64,000 nucleotides of DNA from Squalus acanthias (taxonomy: Eukaryota). Position numbers and translations under genes: made by a program. Positions 1-12,223 of this stretch are shown here, one piece after another. Under the pieces are notes generated by a model. It was given only the letters and a program-made list of their open reading frames with translations, was not told the DNA's origin and ran no database searches. The DNA lies in assembly GCA_030390025.1 (NCBI GenBank), contig CM059432.1, forward strand, positions 108,068,001 through 108,132,000. The letters are read 5' to 3'. The stretch's first letter is position 1. Every line of letters starts with the position of its first letter.

Positions 1-498
1 CCAGGCTCCGTATGGAGTCCTTGGGCCACTCCAGCCCCAGCCTTGCCTCTCCCTTCCACAACCAGAATCCCTTCCAAAGCCCCTGCCCAGCGCTAACTTT
101 ATGCCGGGGACCGTTCCCTGGGTCCCTGCCCCCGGAGTCCTCGGGTGTTCTGCCCGATTTTTGCTTCCGCTCACCAGCCCTTACGTCACTTCCTCTGATT
201 TCGGGCGGGAGACTGTCCTGGATTATTTAAATGAGGCCTTCCGCGCTTATCCCGGACAGCCGCCAATAGTGGGCAAATGGCACTAACCATTTACCATTAC
301 CATAACAGTCAATTACAAAGGCAGCACTTATAATGTATTAAGCGCACCGGCAATTTCGGGCAGTTCAAGCAGCTGTTCGCACCTCATTAAAGTGTGCTTA
401 CCTGTCATTAAGTCCTTTCAGGCAACCTCGCCACCTTCAGTCACCTCCCACCACACTGCCCTCCCCCCATCCTCCCCCCCCACCCCCCTCCCCCACAA

Positions 499-864
499 CC
501 CGGTGGCATAGTGGTTAGCACTGTTGCCTCACAGCGCCAGGGACCCGGGTTCGAATCCGGCCATGGGTGACTGTCTGTGTGGAGTTTGCACATTCTCCCC
601 GTGTCTGCGTGGGTTTCCTCCGGGTGCTCCGGTTTCCTCCCACAGTCCAAAGATGTGCGGGTTAGGTTGATTTGGCTATGATAAATTGACCCTTAGTGTT
701 AGGGGGGAGTAAATACGTGGGGTTACGGGGATAGGGTGGGATATGTTAGGGGGGATTAAATATGTGGGGTTACGGGGGTAGGGTGGGATATGTGTCGGTG
801 CAGGCTCGATGGGCCGAAATGGCCTCTGTCTGTACTGTGGGGATTCTGTGATTCTGTGATTCTG
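499..864 (+). mobile_element. HE1-type tRNA-derived V-SINE
   Basis: A box (TGGCATAGTGG), B box (GGTTCGAATCC), V-domain core (GTCTGCGTGGGTTTCCTCCGGGTGCTCCGGTTTCCTCCCAC), (ATTCTGTG)n tail. Confidence 0.88.
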
Positions 865-1436
865 AACCTGTGGCCTCTAGAACTCCTGCGATTGCTGCTT
901 AGAAACAAGTGACAAAGATGAAAGAGACCTTCTGTCACAGCCTGCTGAAACTCAAGCTGTAGGCCACGGGGATGGGGTTGGAGGAGGAGGGGGACTGTAT
1001 TGGAATAAAAGGCAAGAATTAGACATCAATATAAATTACACAAATGAAAGCTGAGATAAATGGGATTATGACGCTGCATACTTCAGCTCTGTTCAGCTCA
1101 CCAACATTACAGAAGGTGAAGCTGACCAGACCGTTCTCTTTCTCTCTTGTTTGGATCATTACCGCGGTGTGAGTAATGGCACTGAGGCATTTAGACAGAG
1201 CAGGAAGTGGAGAGGCAGTGGATGAAAATTCCCTCCACATTTAGAAACATTTCTTGGTTACACTGACCACTGCGTATAGCGGGCAAATTGCATTGACACC
1301 AATGGGCCCACTATAAGTGGTGGGGACTGTATAAACAAACAAATAATCATCTGCTACACTAACGAATGGCAGCCCTCTGAGAAGCTTTTTCAGTGCCAGT
1401 GTCATCTTCAGTGTCTCTGGGACAATGTCTACTCAC

Positions 1437-1512
1437 CACTGCAATCTCCTTGTGAAATTTCGACTCTATACATGTAATGTTTCTGAAGGTGTTGACATAG
1501 AAACCAACTCGG
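1437..1512 (-). CDS. AMPH: Amphiphysin coding exon 8 (RVGFYVNTFRNITCIESKFHKEIAV)
   Basis: 76-bp exon, ttcacAG / GTGAGT. Visible in ORF 1359..1571; FHKEIAV favours AMPH over BIN1/BIN2. Confidence 0.93.
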
Positions 1513-1769
1513 CTGTGAAAGAGAAAACAAATGATCATGAAACTCATCCCCCTTAATTCATACATACCCAAAGAACCATATCATGTGCTTATTAATATTG
1601 GGCATACTATTGTTTTTAGCATTCCAGACACAGACCTTCACACATTGGGGGTGAATATTGGGAATTTAGACACGTGGCCCCATGATTTTCCTTTTGAATG
1701 TATTCCATTTCTCCTTTCACTTTTATAAATTTCAGAAAGATCTTTAGATATAGAAAGTTCTGCAGAAAC

Positions 1770-2190
1770 ATAGACATCTCAAGGCTTGATAAGACCATAG
1801 CTCCATCTAGTCTGCCTTCCTGCTGTCCTAACGGTTATATCCAATAATGTGTTCCTCTCCAAGGTAATTGTACCATTTTGCCTTGTAGGTAGATACCTGA
1901 GGTGCCTGCCTCTACCATCTCCCTCACTAACCTGTTCTAATAACCAACCAGCCTCTCAGTAAAGGAATGTCATCTAGTCTGAGAATCTACATCTTCTCAA
2001 CTTGCACTCATGTCCCCTCATTCTGCTGTCTCACGCTAATACAAATAGTCCTACTGATCTTCTACATCTCTGAGCCTTACAATGTTGAATACCTCACTCA
2101 TATTCCCCTTCAGTCTTCTTCTTTAGAATGAGAAGAGGCCCAGATCCTTCAGTCTATCCACATGGTTTTTATCCTCCAACCCTCTTTGTC
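1770..2190 (-). mobile_element. Old, diverged CR1 LINE 3' fragment
   Basis: Degenerate similarity to the other CR1 3' ends in this window. Boundaries approximate. Confidence 0.5.
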
Positions 2191-2689
2191 ATCTTAGAGC
2201 ATCAGGAGAACGAAGTGAGATAGAAATTACATGGGGTTTCTCCCAGTCTCCCACCACAAGTCCTTAACTTTGGGGGAAGATCGGTGGAAACTCCCGTTGT
2301 TTACAGCGTTTCTCCAGAGTATCCACTGACCTTCTGCCAAAGTTACGGTGGGAGCTCAGGAGAACTCTAGCGGAAATTACTGGTGTCTGTTTTCCTCAGC
2401 TCATTTTATTCTGAATACCCACACTGCAAATATAAAACATTTTACTCTGCAAATGAAAGTAGAACTTTTTATTTATATATTTTGAAAGTGTTTCTGAGTG
2501 TTTATTTTCTACCTTTCCCTCTGCTCTTCCTGCATTGTTGTGTCTTCACTGTCCAAGATCATGGGGCTTGTGGGAGGGGGGAGGGAACGACGACCTGCTT
2601 CAGCCTTTCCTTCATTGTTATCAGAGAACTAGAGCGTTTAGCACTATTTGTTTGTCCATTATGTCTGTACCAGCTTTCTTCCCATAGCT

Positions 2690-3350
2690 CTGTATCTTCT
2701 TCTGCTTCAAATATTTATCCACTTTTCCTTCAAAAGTTACAATGGTCCCTGCATCAACCAATCCCTGTGGCAAAGCATTCCAACAATCCTCTGCATCCTA
2801 CGACCTTTCCTCACTCTCAGTGACATATGTAAATTGATGACCCGTCATCACTAACTCCCAAAACAGGGGGAATAATCTTCCCTTAATCACCCTATCAAAA
2901 CCATTCATAATTTTAAAAACCACTACTGAATTATTCTCTTAGTCTTCTCTGCTCGAGCGGAAATAGTCCTAGTATCTCAAGTCTCTCCTTGTAATTTTAG
3001 TTTCATATCCCTCGTTTCATCCTGGTGAATCTACGCTGTAAAGCTAAGGCTTTAGCTATAATTGAGCACCCAAAACCCAACACAATATTCTAACTGTGGC
3101 CTAGGACAAATTTACCATTACTTCTTTTAATCTTTGATGTTACTTATAAAGTCCAAAATGCTATTGGCCACCTTTTATGGCTTTATCTACCATTTGAGTC
3201 CCTTAGTCTATCTGTTCATCTAAACTCTTAAAACATTTTCCATTCAGTGTATACTCCCATCTTATTTTTGTCTCAAGATGCATAATCTCACATTTCTCCA
3301 CATTAGATTGCATCTGCCAACTGACTGCCCATTCCACTAATTCTGTCACC
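2690..3350 (-). mobile_element. Old, diverged CR1 LINE 3'/RT fragment
   Basis: Degenerate matches such as CATTCATAATTTT and CATCTGCCA. Boundaries approximate. Confidence 0.55.
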
Positions 3351-3565
3351 ATCCACTGGGAGGTGGTCCAGAATGGCCCATCGCAGCTCTCCTTCTACAT
3401 TCCTCTTTTCCATGGGCAACATTAGATTCTGCTTGGCGTCTCCCCATGGCAGCTTGGCTCAGACCAGTAAAACCGTGGGTAAATATGTGCAAGCATGCAC
3501 TTCTTCCCACTCTATGCCACAACATGTTGGTGCCCCAATGTGTTGTGTCACTGTGCTTTCACCAA

Positions 3566-4209
3566 GGGGGCAATTTTAGCTTTACCTGGCCTGGGGAAAC
3601 CAGATGGATGGGCAGTTAAAATAGCCTGGGTTAGTTACCCACCGTGGTGCAGTCGGGAGATGACCTGCGCTATTTTGACCTGCGCTATTTTAACCTGCTC
3701 CACTGAACAGGTGGCAAGGACACCTGCCCAAAATGGGCGGGATCCTTTTTAACATATGCCTGTCGAGTCCCGATGACATCACGGGAACAGGCTGCAAATT
3801 TTATTCGGACGCCTGCGTGGGAAACGGCAGTGAGTTTCCCATCAGTCCAACCCAGCGCGGGAGTGGATTGGGCCCAGAAGAGGCCTGAAAGGCTGAGCTT
3901 AACATTAGATTTGATCACTTTCCTTGTGGGGCCAGGAACTGCAGGGGTGCTCCTCCAGGCCCCATATGGAAATCTTAGGTCTTCTCGGGGAGCTCCGCCA
4001 GACAGCTCAGCAGCCGAGCCCACACATTTACCTGCTTGGTGGGCGGCCTCGGAATGGGTGGGAATTCAGCCGGCAGCATTTAAATGAGGCCCAGGAGCTA
4101 AAATATCCCAGGCCTTTTTTTTGCTGCAACACCAAGGCTTGCCCATCCCAAACCCAAACCGACTCCCCCGCCCCCCCAACCCCCACCCCCCGCAATTAAA
4201 ATCAGGCCC
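3566..4209. mobile_element. GC-rich MITE, probably Harbinger-type
   Basis: Ends GGGGCAATTTT ... AAAATCAGGCCC. Internal motifs shared with the 17073 and 18152 elements. TSD not clear. Confidence 0.55.
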
Positions 4210-4421
4210 ATAATGTTGAATTCTGACTAAAAGGACAGGACTATGTGATGGACATGCTCAGCTGCTGGAAGCAGTGACTGAATCAGCTTCAATGATGTGA
4301 AGAAAAATCTTGTTTGGATTGGAGCTTTTGACTCCTCATTGAAGATATACAAAAGAGAGAAGTAAAACATGCTTTTAGATAACAAGTTTTGCACTACATG
4401 AGAAAGAATGGAGTTCAATAC

Positions 4422-4507
4422 CTTGACCACAATGATGGCAACTCATCCTGTAGGTCAGTATTTAGTTCCTCAAAGACTTTCTGTGCCTTTTGAAACTCCT
4501 CTTCTGC
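4422..4507 (-). CDS. AMPH: Amphiphysin coding exon 7 ([29 protein letters not shown])
   Basis: 86-bp exon, tattttAG / GTATTG. Confidence 0.94.
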
Positions 4508-5129
4508 CTAAAATAAATCAAGAATATTGGTGTTTTATGTTTAAAATGATATTGTTTTCATTGCAAACATTGCTGGAAAAGTGAATTCAAAGAACTCAGC
4601 CTTTGTATTAATGCTGAGCAACCAACATGTAGCCAATCAAAAGCGGTCTCTCCATCAACCTGCAGGAGAGATTGGGGCAATTGTCCTCATCATTATTTTA
4701 GTTTCTCTTCCAAGACAGACTAGACCTATAGTTCCAAAGGTAAAGATGGCAGTGGGATTAGTCTGTCACTATTCCATTGCACTTCAGCTTAACCCTCATT
4801 CAAGGTTCATACAACACTGTCACTTGTACAAATTAAGCTGGGCTCTGGTGACAGCAAGATTTATATTTGAAAATTTCACATCAGTGCAACTAGTGAGAGG
4901 CTTTGGGCTTTTCTGCAATATTTTAGTCTGATCTGAAACCCATGTCCTTGTGCATTAAATTAACCCCTAACTGTGATATTGATCACCGGAGGTTACATGG
5001 CAAGTTCACCATATTCTCCTGTTCCTCCCAAAAAGTGGAAAGTGCCATACCGTTAAACCAATGCATACAGATTAAAATTATGGTTCAGATTTATTTCTGC
5101 AATTCTTTCATCCTACCTTTATATCCAAG

Positions 5130-5320
5130 TAAACAAGTATCCCTCAATCAACATCATTAAAATAAAAATTATCTGATCATTTATCTAATTTCTGTTTGTG
5201 GGACCTTGCTGTGTGCAAATTAGTTGCTGTGTTTCTTACATTACAATACTTCATTGGCTGTAAAGAGCTTTTGGAGGTCTTGAGTTCGTGAAAGGGGCAA
5301 TATAAATGCAAGTCTTTCTT
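5130..5320 (+). mobile_element. SacSINE1-like (Deu-SINE) 3' fragment
   Basis: Matches the 3' half of the 26268 copy (CTGTTTGTGGGACCTTGCTGTGTGCAAATT...TATAAATGCAAGTCTTTCTT). Confidence 0.7.
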
Positions 5321-5337
5321 ATTTGCTGGAGCTCTAA

Positions 5338-5522
5338 TGAGGTAATTTCGACTTTGGGTATTAGTGTAAAACGGGCGATAGCGAATTGACAGCTTGTTTT
5401 ACATCTCTCCTGATTTTCATTTCCATGAAGTCAATCGAAATGAAAATCGGGAGAAGTGTATAATAGGATCTCGATTCACTATCGCCCATTTTACACGATC
5501 GCTCAAAGCCAAAATTACCCCC
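5338..5522. mobile_element. ~185-bp fold-back MITE with TAA TSD
   Basis: Near-palindromic over its whole length, ends ~GGGGTAATTTT, TAA on both sides. Relatives at 18990 and 63619. Confidence 0.75.
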
Positions 5523-6389
5523 TAACTATCTTACCCAGGAGAGAGCTCTGTATACACCTTGAACAGAGCTCTCTCCCAATGGTTTAAAATTTAAATGTTT
5601 GTAGAGTGAGGATGGGAGAATCTTCCCTCTCTAAACATTTAAATGAAGGTCAGTTAGGTTTATCAATTGGAAGTTCAATGGATCCCATGAGCACTTTATA
5701 AACCAGGTATGATATGGCACTCGATTTGATACCCTGCCGTCTCCATTCCAAAAGTGTGACAGCCCCCTTCCAAATGGAGTCTCTCCACTTGGCTCCTTCA
5801 TCAGGTGGGACTCTGACTCTGTACGGCACTTGCATATTGTTAACTGTACACTAGAGGGCCCCCTGACGGGAGTAAGCACATTGTAGCAACCACACTTCTC
5901 TTGTATTCCTTTATTATTCCTTGACGGGAATGTTTTAGAGGGTCTGGAAATAAAAGCAGTTAGTTATTACCACACCAATTTGAGTGGTTATTCGGACACA
6001 ACATGGATTTACACTGACAGTTTAGCGTCAGTGTGAAGCTGGAATCACTCTGCACTAAAGCTAAACTTGCAGAATAAATGTTGCCTTATTCTTAGGTACT
6101 TGATTGTTTGAATATCATCCTGCTCAGTCAGGTTCATGAATGCTTCCCAACTTCACGGACTGAGGCTAACCTGGAAATTCCTGGGCTCTGAGGATGCATC
6201 AGTACTGTTATCTGGGTGGGCAGATAAAGAATTTACACCAACTCCTAGCCCTCTTTTTATCCCCGTCTGAAATTGCAAAGGTTTTGTGGCTGGGCACACA
6301 AATATCCACCCACAAATAGTCGGGCGTATTATGATTTATTTCCCTCCTTTGCGCCCTTTGCTTGTAAGTTCCTGACATTCAGTGTTTAA

Positions 6390-6705
6390 AATTCATTCAC
6401 AGGATGTGGACGTCGCTGGCAAGGTCAGCATTTATTGCCCATCCCTAATTGCCCTTGAGAAGGTGGTGGTGAGCCGCCTTCTTGAACCGCTGCAGTCCGT
6501 GTGGTGAAGGTACTCCCACAGTGCTGTTAGGGAGGGAGCTCCAGAATTTTGATCCAGTGACGATGAAGGAACGGCGATATAGTTTCAACTTGGGATGGTG
6601 TGTGACTTGGAAGGGAACTTGGAGGTGGTGGTGTTCCGATGCATCTGCTGCCCTTGTCCTTCTAGGTATTGGAGATCATGGGTTTGGGAGGTACTGTTGA
6701 AGAAG
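6390..6705 (-). mobile_element. LINE (CR1/L2-group) 3' end whose tail is shared with the SINE at 9096
   Basis: Reverse strand ends GGGCAATTAGGGATGGGCAATAAATGCTG...CATCCTGTGAATGAAT. Confidence 0.65.
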
Positions 6706-7587
6706 GGTCGCTGAGGATTTGAGGAAATTTAAATTTTGAAAGGAACTTTCTATAGTGAGATCAAAAAGGATCAATTGCATTATGGACAGTGGCAAAACTG
6801 AAGGCCGGCTAACCCACCCCTCCCACCTGAGGTGCCCCAGTCACGTGAAAAATCCGAAGGTAGGTACCCAACAGCTCTATTCAAGTACCCGCAACCCCAG
6901 ATTTGAGACAGGATGAGGAACGCACCCCAAAACCACCCCCAAAAACCCTCAAGAGGAACCTCAGGGCTCCTGTCTTTAAGAAGGACCTTTGGGATGAACT
7001 TTCAGGTAGTCTCTGATGTGGATGAGGATCAATTTTATGAATGCACTCTATCGACAAGAAGCCTCACCCACTGGGCGCATATATCAGGATATTATGGTCT
7101 GGTTGCAAGGCCAGTGAGTGAATATAATTTAAACATGCTCCCTGCACAGCTTGAGCTTGTGAATGGAGTGAGATGAAGGAGCCCCATAGAATATTGCATC
7201 TCTTAAAAGGTCGCTGCTCAAAATTGAAGGGATGCGGACACTTAAAAGTAAGTGGCTGTGTCTTGGAATATGAAATGCTGGAAACCTTTAATGACAAAAA
7301 TGCTTTTGAGGAGGTTTCAGCCATTGCAAAGGTTGAGTAGGAGGAAATAACTACTAAAATTTACTACATCAGTGTTTGAGTGCAACCCCCATCTCCACCC
7401 GAACCAACCACCCAGCACAAACTAAAAACACACTGAGACATTACTAGGATGAATCAATCTTTGCACTTCCTCTTGCCAGTGCCTGGACTAAACTTAAAAT
7501 TATTGTCAGCGATATTAGTGTATGAGCCTTTAACACACTCATTATTTTAATGGAGGCCCTAACCCATTCATTTTAAATGGGATAAAA

Positions 7588-8418
7588 AAAGAAAGACTTG
7601 CATTTATATAGCGCCTTTCACGAGCACCGGACGTCTCAAAGCGCTTTACAGCCAATGAAGTACTTTTGGAGTGGAGTCACTGTTGTAACACGGTGGCATA
7701 GTGGTTAGCACTGGTGCCTCACAGTGCCAGAGACCCGGGTTCGAATCTGACCTCGGGTGACTGTCTGTGTGGAGTTTGCACATTCTCCCCGTGTCTGCGT
7801 GGGTTTCCTCCGGGTGCTCCGGTTTCCTCCCACAGTCCAAAAATGTGTGGGTTAGGTTGATTTGGCTATGATAAATTGACCCTTAGTGTTAGGGGGGATT
7901 AAATATGTGGGGTTATGGGGATAGGATGGGATATGTTAGGGGGAATTAAATACGTGGGGTTACGGGGGTAGGGTGGGATATGTGTACTGTGGGGATTAAA
8001 GCAGGGACAGGGTACTGGATTTGGATGATCAGCCATGATCGTATTGAATGGCGGAGCAGGCTCGATGGGCCGAATGGCCTACTCCTGCTCCTAGATTCTA
8101 TGTTTCTATGTAATGTGGGAAACGCGGCAGCCAATTGCGCACAGCAAGCTCCCACAAACAGCAATGTGATAATGACCAGATAATCTGTTTTTGTTATGTT
8201 GATTGAGGGATAAAAATATAAACACTGGGGATAACTTCCCTGCTCATCTTCGAAATATTGCCATGGGATCTTTTATGTCCACCTGAGAGAGCAGACAGGG
8301 CCTCGGTTTAACGTCTCATCCGAAAGACGGCACCTCCGACAGTGCAGCACTCCCTCAGCTCTGCACTGGAGTGTGAGCCTAGATCTAAGTGTTCAAGTCC
8401 CTGAGGTGGGACTTGAGC
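7588..8418 (-). mobile_element. SacSINE1-like Deu-SINE interrupted by an HE1 SINE
   Basis: Reverse complement of the 26268 copy; split at a GTAA duplication (7685-7688 and 8110-8113). Confidence 0.85.
7689..8109 (+). mobile_element. HE1-type V-SINE with CR1-derived 3' tail
   Basis: Head and body near-identical to 499..864. Tail AAAGCAGGGACAGG...TTTCTAT. GTAA TSD. Confidence 0.88.
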
Positions 8419-9095
8419 ACATAACAGACAAAGAAATTTCATCAGGGTTCATTGGCTATTTTGTCGAGCAGTGGAATGTATCATTGTCAACCCAACACTT
8501 TAAGGGAGATGCTTTGAAAAGGGTCTTCATTTTCCTCTATCTGCTGGCTGTAAGGGTCCTAGGTGAAGTGAGTTTGTATGGTTCCTTTTGGGCCCGGGAT
8601 TACAGCACAAAATTGGCCATAATTCAGCACTAAATGGGCAATCTCAAATCAAGCAAACCTAATTTGGTGTACGAATGGGGGGAAAACAATGCCACATATG
8701 TTGCCTCTTTTGAGGTTGGGACTGAGGTAACTTGTTGGGTTAGACTAGAGAAATTTTGAGGTAGATTTTCAACTTGCTGCCTGGCTGTAAAACGGGCACT
8801 GGGGATCAACCGCCCGTTATAGAAATCATTGATCATAGATATGAGGGGAAGATCCTACCAACTGCATCACTAGGGGCAATTTTCTGACTTCCTGCTGCCA
8901 GCGGTGAGGCCCGCTGCTGGGAGTGCAGATCAGAAACCTGGGCATGCCCTATCCCCACATCATAGGCTGTGGATGTAAGAATTTCCAATGCGTATGCTTG
9001 GCAGGCAAAGTTCCCTGTTGGTAACACAAAGTCGGAAACCTACTCTTAGCGTGCCATCTTCTATTTATAAACATGACAAAGCATGTTCCAGCTAT

Positions 9096-9476
9096 GGTAG
9101 CGTAGTGGTTATGTTACTGGACGAGTAAACTAGAGGCTTGAACTAATAATCCAGAGCACGAGTTCAAATCCCACCATGGCAGTTTGAGAATTTGAATTCA
9201 GTTTTAAAAATATCCAGAAATAAAAAGCTGATATCAGTAAAAGTAACCATGGAGCTGTTGGATTGTCGTTAAAACCCAGCTGTTCACTGATGTCGTTTAG
9301 AGAATGACACATGCTGTCCTAACCTGGTCGGGCCTATATGTGACTCAAGCCCACACCAGAGTGGTTGACTCTTAACTGCCCTCTGAAGTTGCTGAGCAAG
9401 CCATTCAATTGTGTCAAACTTAGGGCAACTAGGGATGAGCAATTAATGCTAGATTTGCCAGCAATGCCCACATCCT
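9096..9476 (+). mobile_element. tRNA-derived SINE (third family) with LINE-shared tail
   Basis: A/B-box-like GGTAGCGTAGTGG and AGTTCAAATCC. 3' end resembles the LINE at 6390. Partial copy at ~19835-20055. Confidence 0.7.
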
Positions 9477-9691
9477 TTAAAGACAGACCATATTTTGGAG
9501 AACTTTAACATTTGCTGCTGTTCAGAGGTCAGTCTTGTATAAACCTGGTGAGACATATGAACCAACTTTCAAATATTTCACTTGCTTACAGTTGATGGTT
9601 CAATGTTGTATGTATCTAACTTCACCTTGGCAATCCAATGTCGAGAGGAATGATTTCCAATCATTAACATAAATCCTTTCTAGCAACGTAC

Positions 9692-9799
9692 CTTGGTGAG
9701 CTTGCTATCGTCCCTTCGCCTTGAGTGCTGCAAAGACTCTAAGTGATGTCGTGCGCAGTCATAGTCGACCAGCTTTCTGCTGCGTTTTGCTATTCGAGT
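9692..9799 (-). CDS. AMPH: Amphiphysin coding exon 6 ([36 protein letters not shown])
   Basis: 108-bp exon, caactAG / GTACGT. Contains the BAR motif [12 protein letters not shown]. Confidence 0.94.
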
Positions 9800-10124
9800 C
9801 TAGTTGAGATGCAAAAAGAAGTGAGAACAAAATTATCATCGGGATCTATTTATCCTGCAGCTGCAACATCTGCTGCAGTTAATGAGTTTCACCCTGACTG
9901 TACATCTAACAAAGACACTTGAAAGCACTATCCCACTTATAACTGAATGCCATCATAGGCAGAAGAGGAAAATGTAAGGTTGGAAACAGTACAATCCCCA
10001 AACACGGACACCAATTCTTTCCTGCACTAGACCAGAATCCTTGGTTTCATACCTGGAGGCATAGAACACAAAAGCATGGAGATGACACTGAATTTGTACA
10101 AGACCTTAATAAGGCTGCTGTTAA

Positions 10125-10620
10125 AGAAGAAACTTGCATGTATATAGGCCCTTATCACGTCCCAAAGTGATTCACAGCCAATAAGTTACTTTTGAAGTGC
10201 AGTCACACTGTTATATACGCAAACAAAGCCACCAAAACAGCAAATGAGCTAAATAATCAGTTGCTCTGTTTTTCGGGGGTAGTGATTTAGGAAGGTTGTC
10301 ATTTGTCATTAGCAGGAGAACTCTCTATGCCAGGGGTTCTCAACCTTTTTGCTTCTGAGGACCCCCTCCCATGTTATAAAAATTCCATAGACCCCCTGTA
10401 ACACAACACAACTATTTTTTTAAGAGTGGCTAAAAACCAGCAGCAAATTTGCACACAAGATCCCACAACAGAAAATCAGATGGATCACCATATACGATGT
10501 GCACCTGAGCTCCAGGCACACTTCCCAATGCAAAATGGTGTATTGTATCCTTCAGTACTGAAGTACTGCACTGAAATATCACGTGCTCAAGTCCTGGAGT
10601 GGGGCATGAACCCACAACTT
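10125..10620 (-). mobile_element. Degenerate SacSINE1-like SINE containing a hAT-like end (CAGGGGTTCTCAACCTTTT at ~10331)
   Basis: Tail AAGAAACTTGCATGTATATAG and head remnants CAGTACTG...CAAGTCCTGGAGTGGG. Confidence 0.55.
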
Positions 10621-11379
10621 TACAAGTCAGATGCAAGTGTTAGGAGATATGGGCCGAAAAGGGTTTATATGCAAACTGCCGACTTCAGTAGTTTAAAAAC
10701 CAGAAGAAGCAGCACTGCAGAGGCTTCAGTTTCTGCTATGTCACCATTTTAATGAAAGACAAATCCCACCTGGCAAGTTATCATTCTCTGAGCCTTGAAC
10801 ATGGCCCTGTTTGGCACTAGCCCATTCAGATCGAATTAAAGCATGGTTTGGTGACCTCAGTGGAAGATACTTTACCAAGTTAAGGGAGTTAGAAACAAAG
10901 ATTTGTTTGAAGGTTGTGTTATTTTCACTCATGTCAATCGTTAACACATTGATCTGTAGGTTCAAGGACAGAACATCTGTGTAACATATTGTCTTTCAAT
11001 CAGAGTTTAGAATCAGACCAATGTTGAATGGTACATAATCAAAGACAAACGTAGAACTGATAGTTTTATATGATGAAACTTTAATTAAATGCAACAGGAA
11101 AGGAATGTGAGAATAGAAATAAGAGAGTTATACTAATCTTGTTAGCCCAATGGAAAAATAGCTCCTTAGTAAGGAAATCAGGTAATTAATTCAAGTTATT
11201 GATAAAGTATAGGTCCAATACAACTTATACGGAGTTGTATTGTAACTATTGCTTTTAGTATTGTAATGTAGAAACGTACGAATTGTCACATAGTAGAGGT
11301 AAGAGATAAGAAATCTGAGAACGTGGAAAGCAAGATGTTTACATCTTCACCCATTTCAATCAATAGAAATATTGTAAAA

Positions 11380-11636
11380 TGTAATGTATTATCACATGGT
11401 TTAGTATGAGCATGCTCAGTTCGCTCTAGCCTAATAAAGCAAGCAAATGGACTAGGCCAGAATCCTTGGTTTTGTACCTGGAGGCATAGAACGCAAAAGC
11501 ACGGAGATGACACTGAATTTGTACAAGACCTTAATAAGGCTGCTGTTAAAGAAGAAACTTGCATGTATATAGGCCCTTATCACATCCCAACTCATCATGT
11601 CTCTGTCCTTCATTTGTTCCACCCAAGTATATTACA
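11380..11636 (+). repeat. Gypsy 5' LTR (about 125 bp plus a 132-bp insert)
   Basis: TGTAATGTATT...AAGTATATTACA; direct repeat of 16171..16293 apart from the insert. Confidence 0.88.
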
Positions 11637-11639
11637 TTT

Positions 11640-11657
11640 TGGTGACGAGGATGGGAT
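11640..11657 (+). promoter_or_regulatory. Primer-binding site, tRNA-Ser(GCT)-like
   Basis: TGGTGACGAGGATGGGAT just after the 5' LTR, complementary to ...ATCCCATCCTCGTCGCCA with 1 mismatch. Confidence 0.8.
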
Positions 11658-12223
11658 CCCAAAGCCATTTTTAGGGATCATGGAAGGTCAGTGTTCAACC
11701 TTCGAGTGGACAAGTTTAAGGTGAATTTGTGACACCTAAACTGAATTTTTGCAATGTTTTACCGTTAATGCTGATGCAGAATCGTCTGTGCTTCGCCTTT
11801 GCGTGTATGTATACACAGCAACAGCGGCGTTGATTCGCACAGGTACACAGGTAGCGTGCTGAGTCACTGTTTGACGGGATCGGGACAATCATGGCTGCAC
11901 CTACGGGATTCATCAGAAGCCTCGGCTGTATGACCGAGCTCGCGAACCATTCAGTTCTTACATTGAGCGGATGGAGATTTTTTTTAGGGCCAATAACATT
12001 ATTGAGACCGAAGGTGCAGATGAGAATGTTCAAGCTCAAAATAAAGTAATTTGTGAATGGAAGAAAGCAATTTTTCTAACGGAGATCAGGCCAGGTGTCT
12101 ACAGAACATTGACAAACCTACTCGCGACAGGGAAAGCGAAGGATGCGTAGTTTGAAGACATTGTGTATCGACACGCCAGCAGACTGCTCTAACATGAGTA
12201 AGGACACATATGAGAGTAAGTTT

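Noticed and set aside
499..570. tRNA genes at SINE heads (also 7689, 9096, 26268, 45190)
   Set aside because: The A/B boxes run directly into SINE bodies; these are tRNA-derived heads, not tRNA genes.
865..1430. AMPH exon 9 candidate
   Set aside because: No minus-strand frame resembles LCHKLYEVMTKL; probably lies before position 1.
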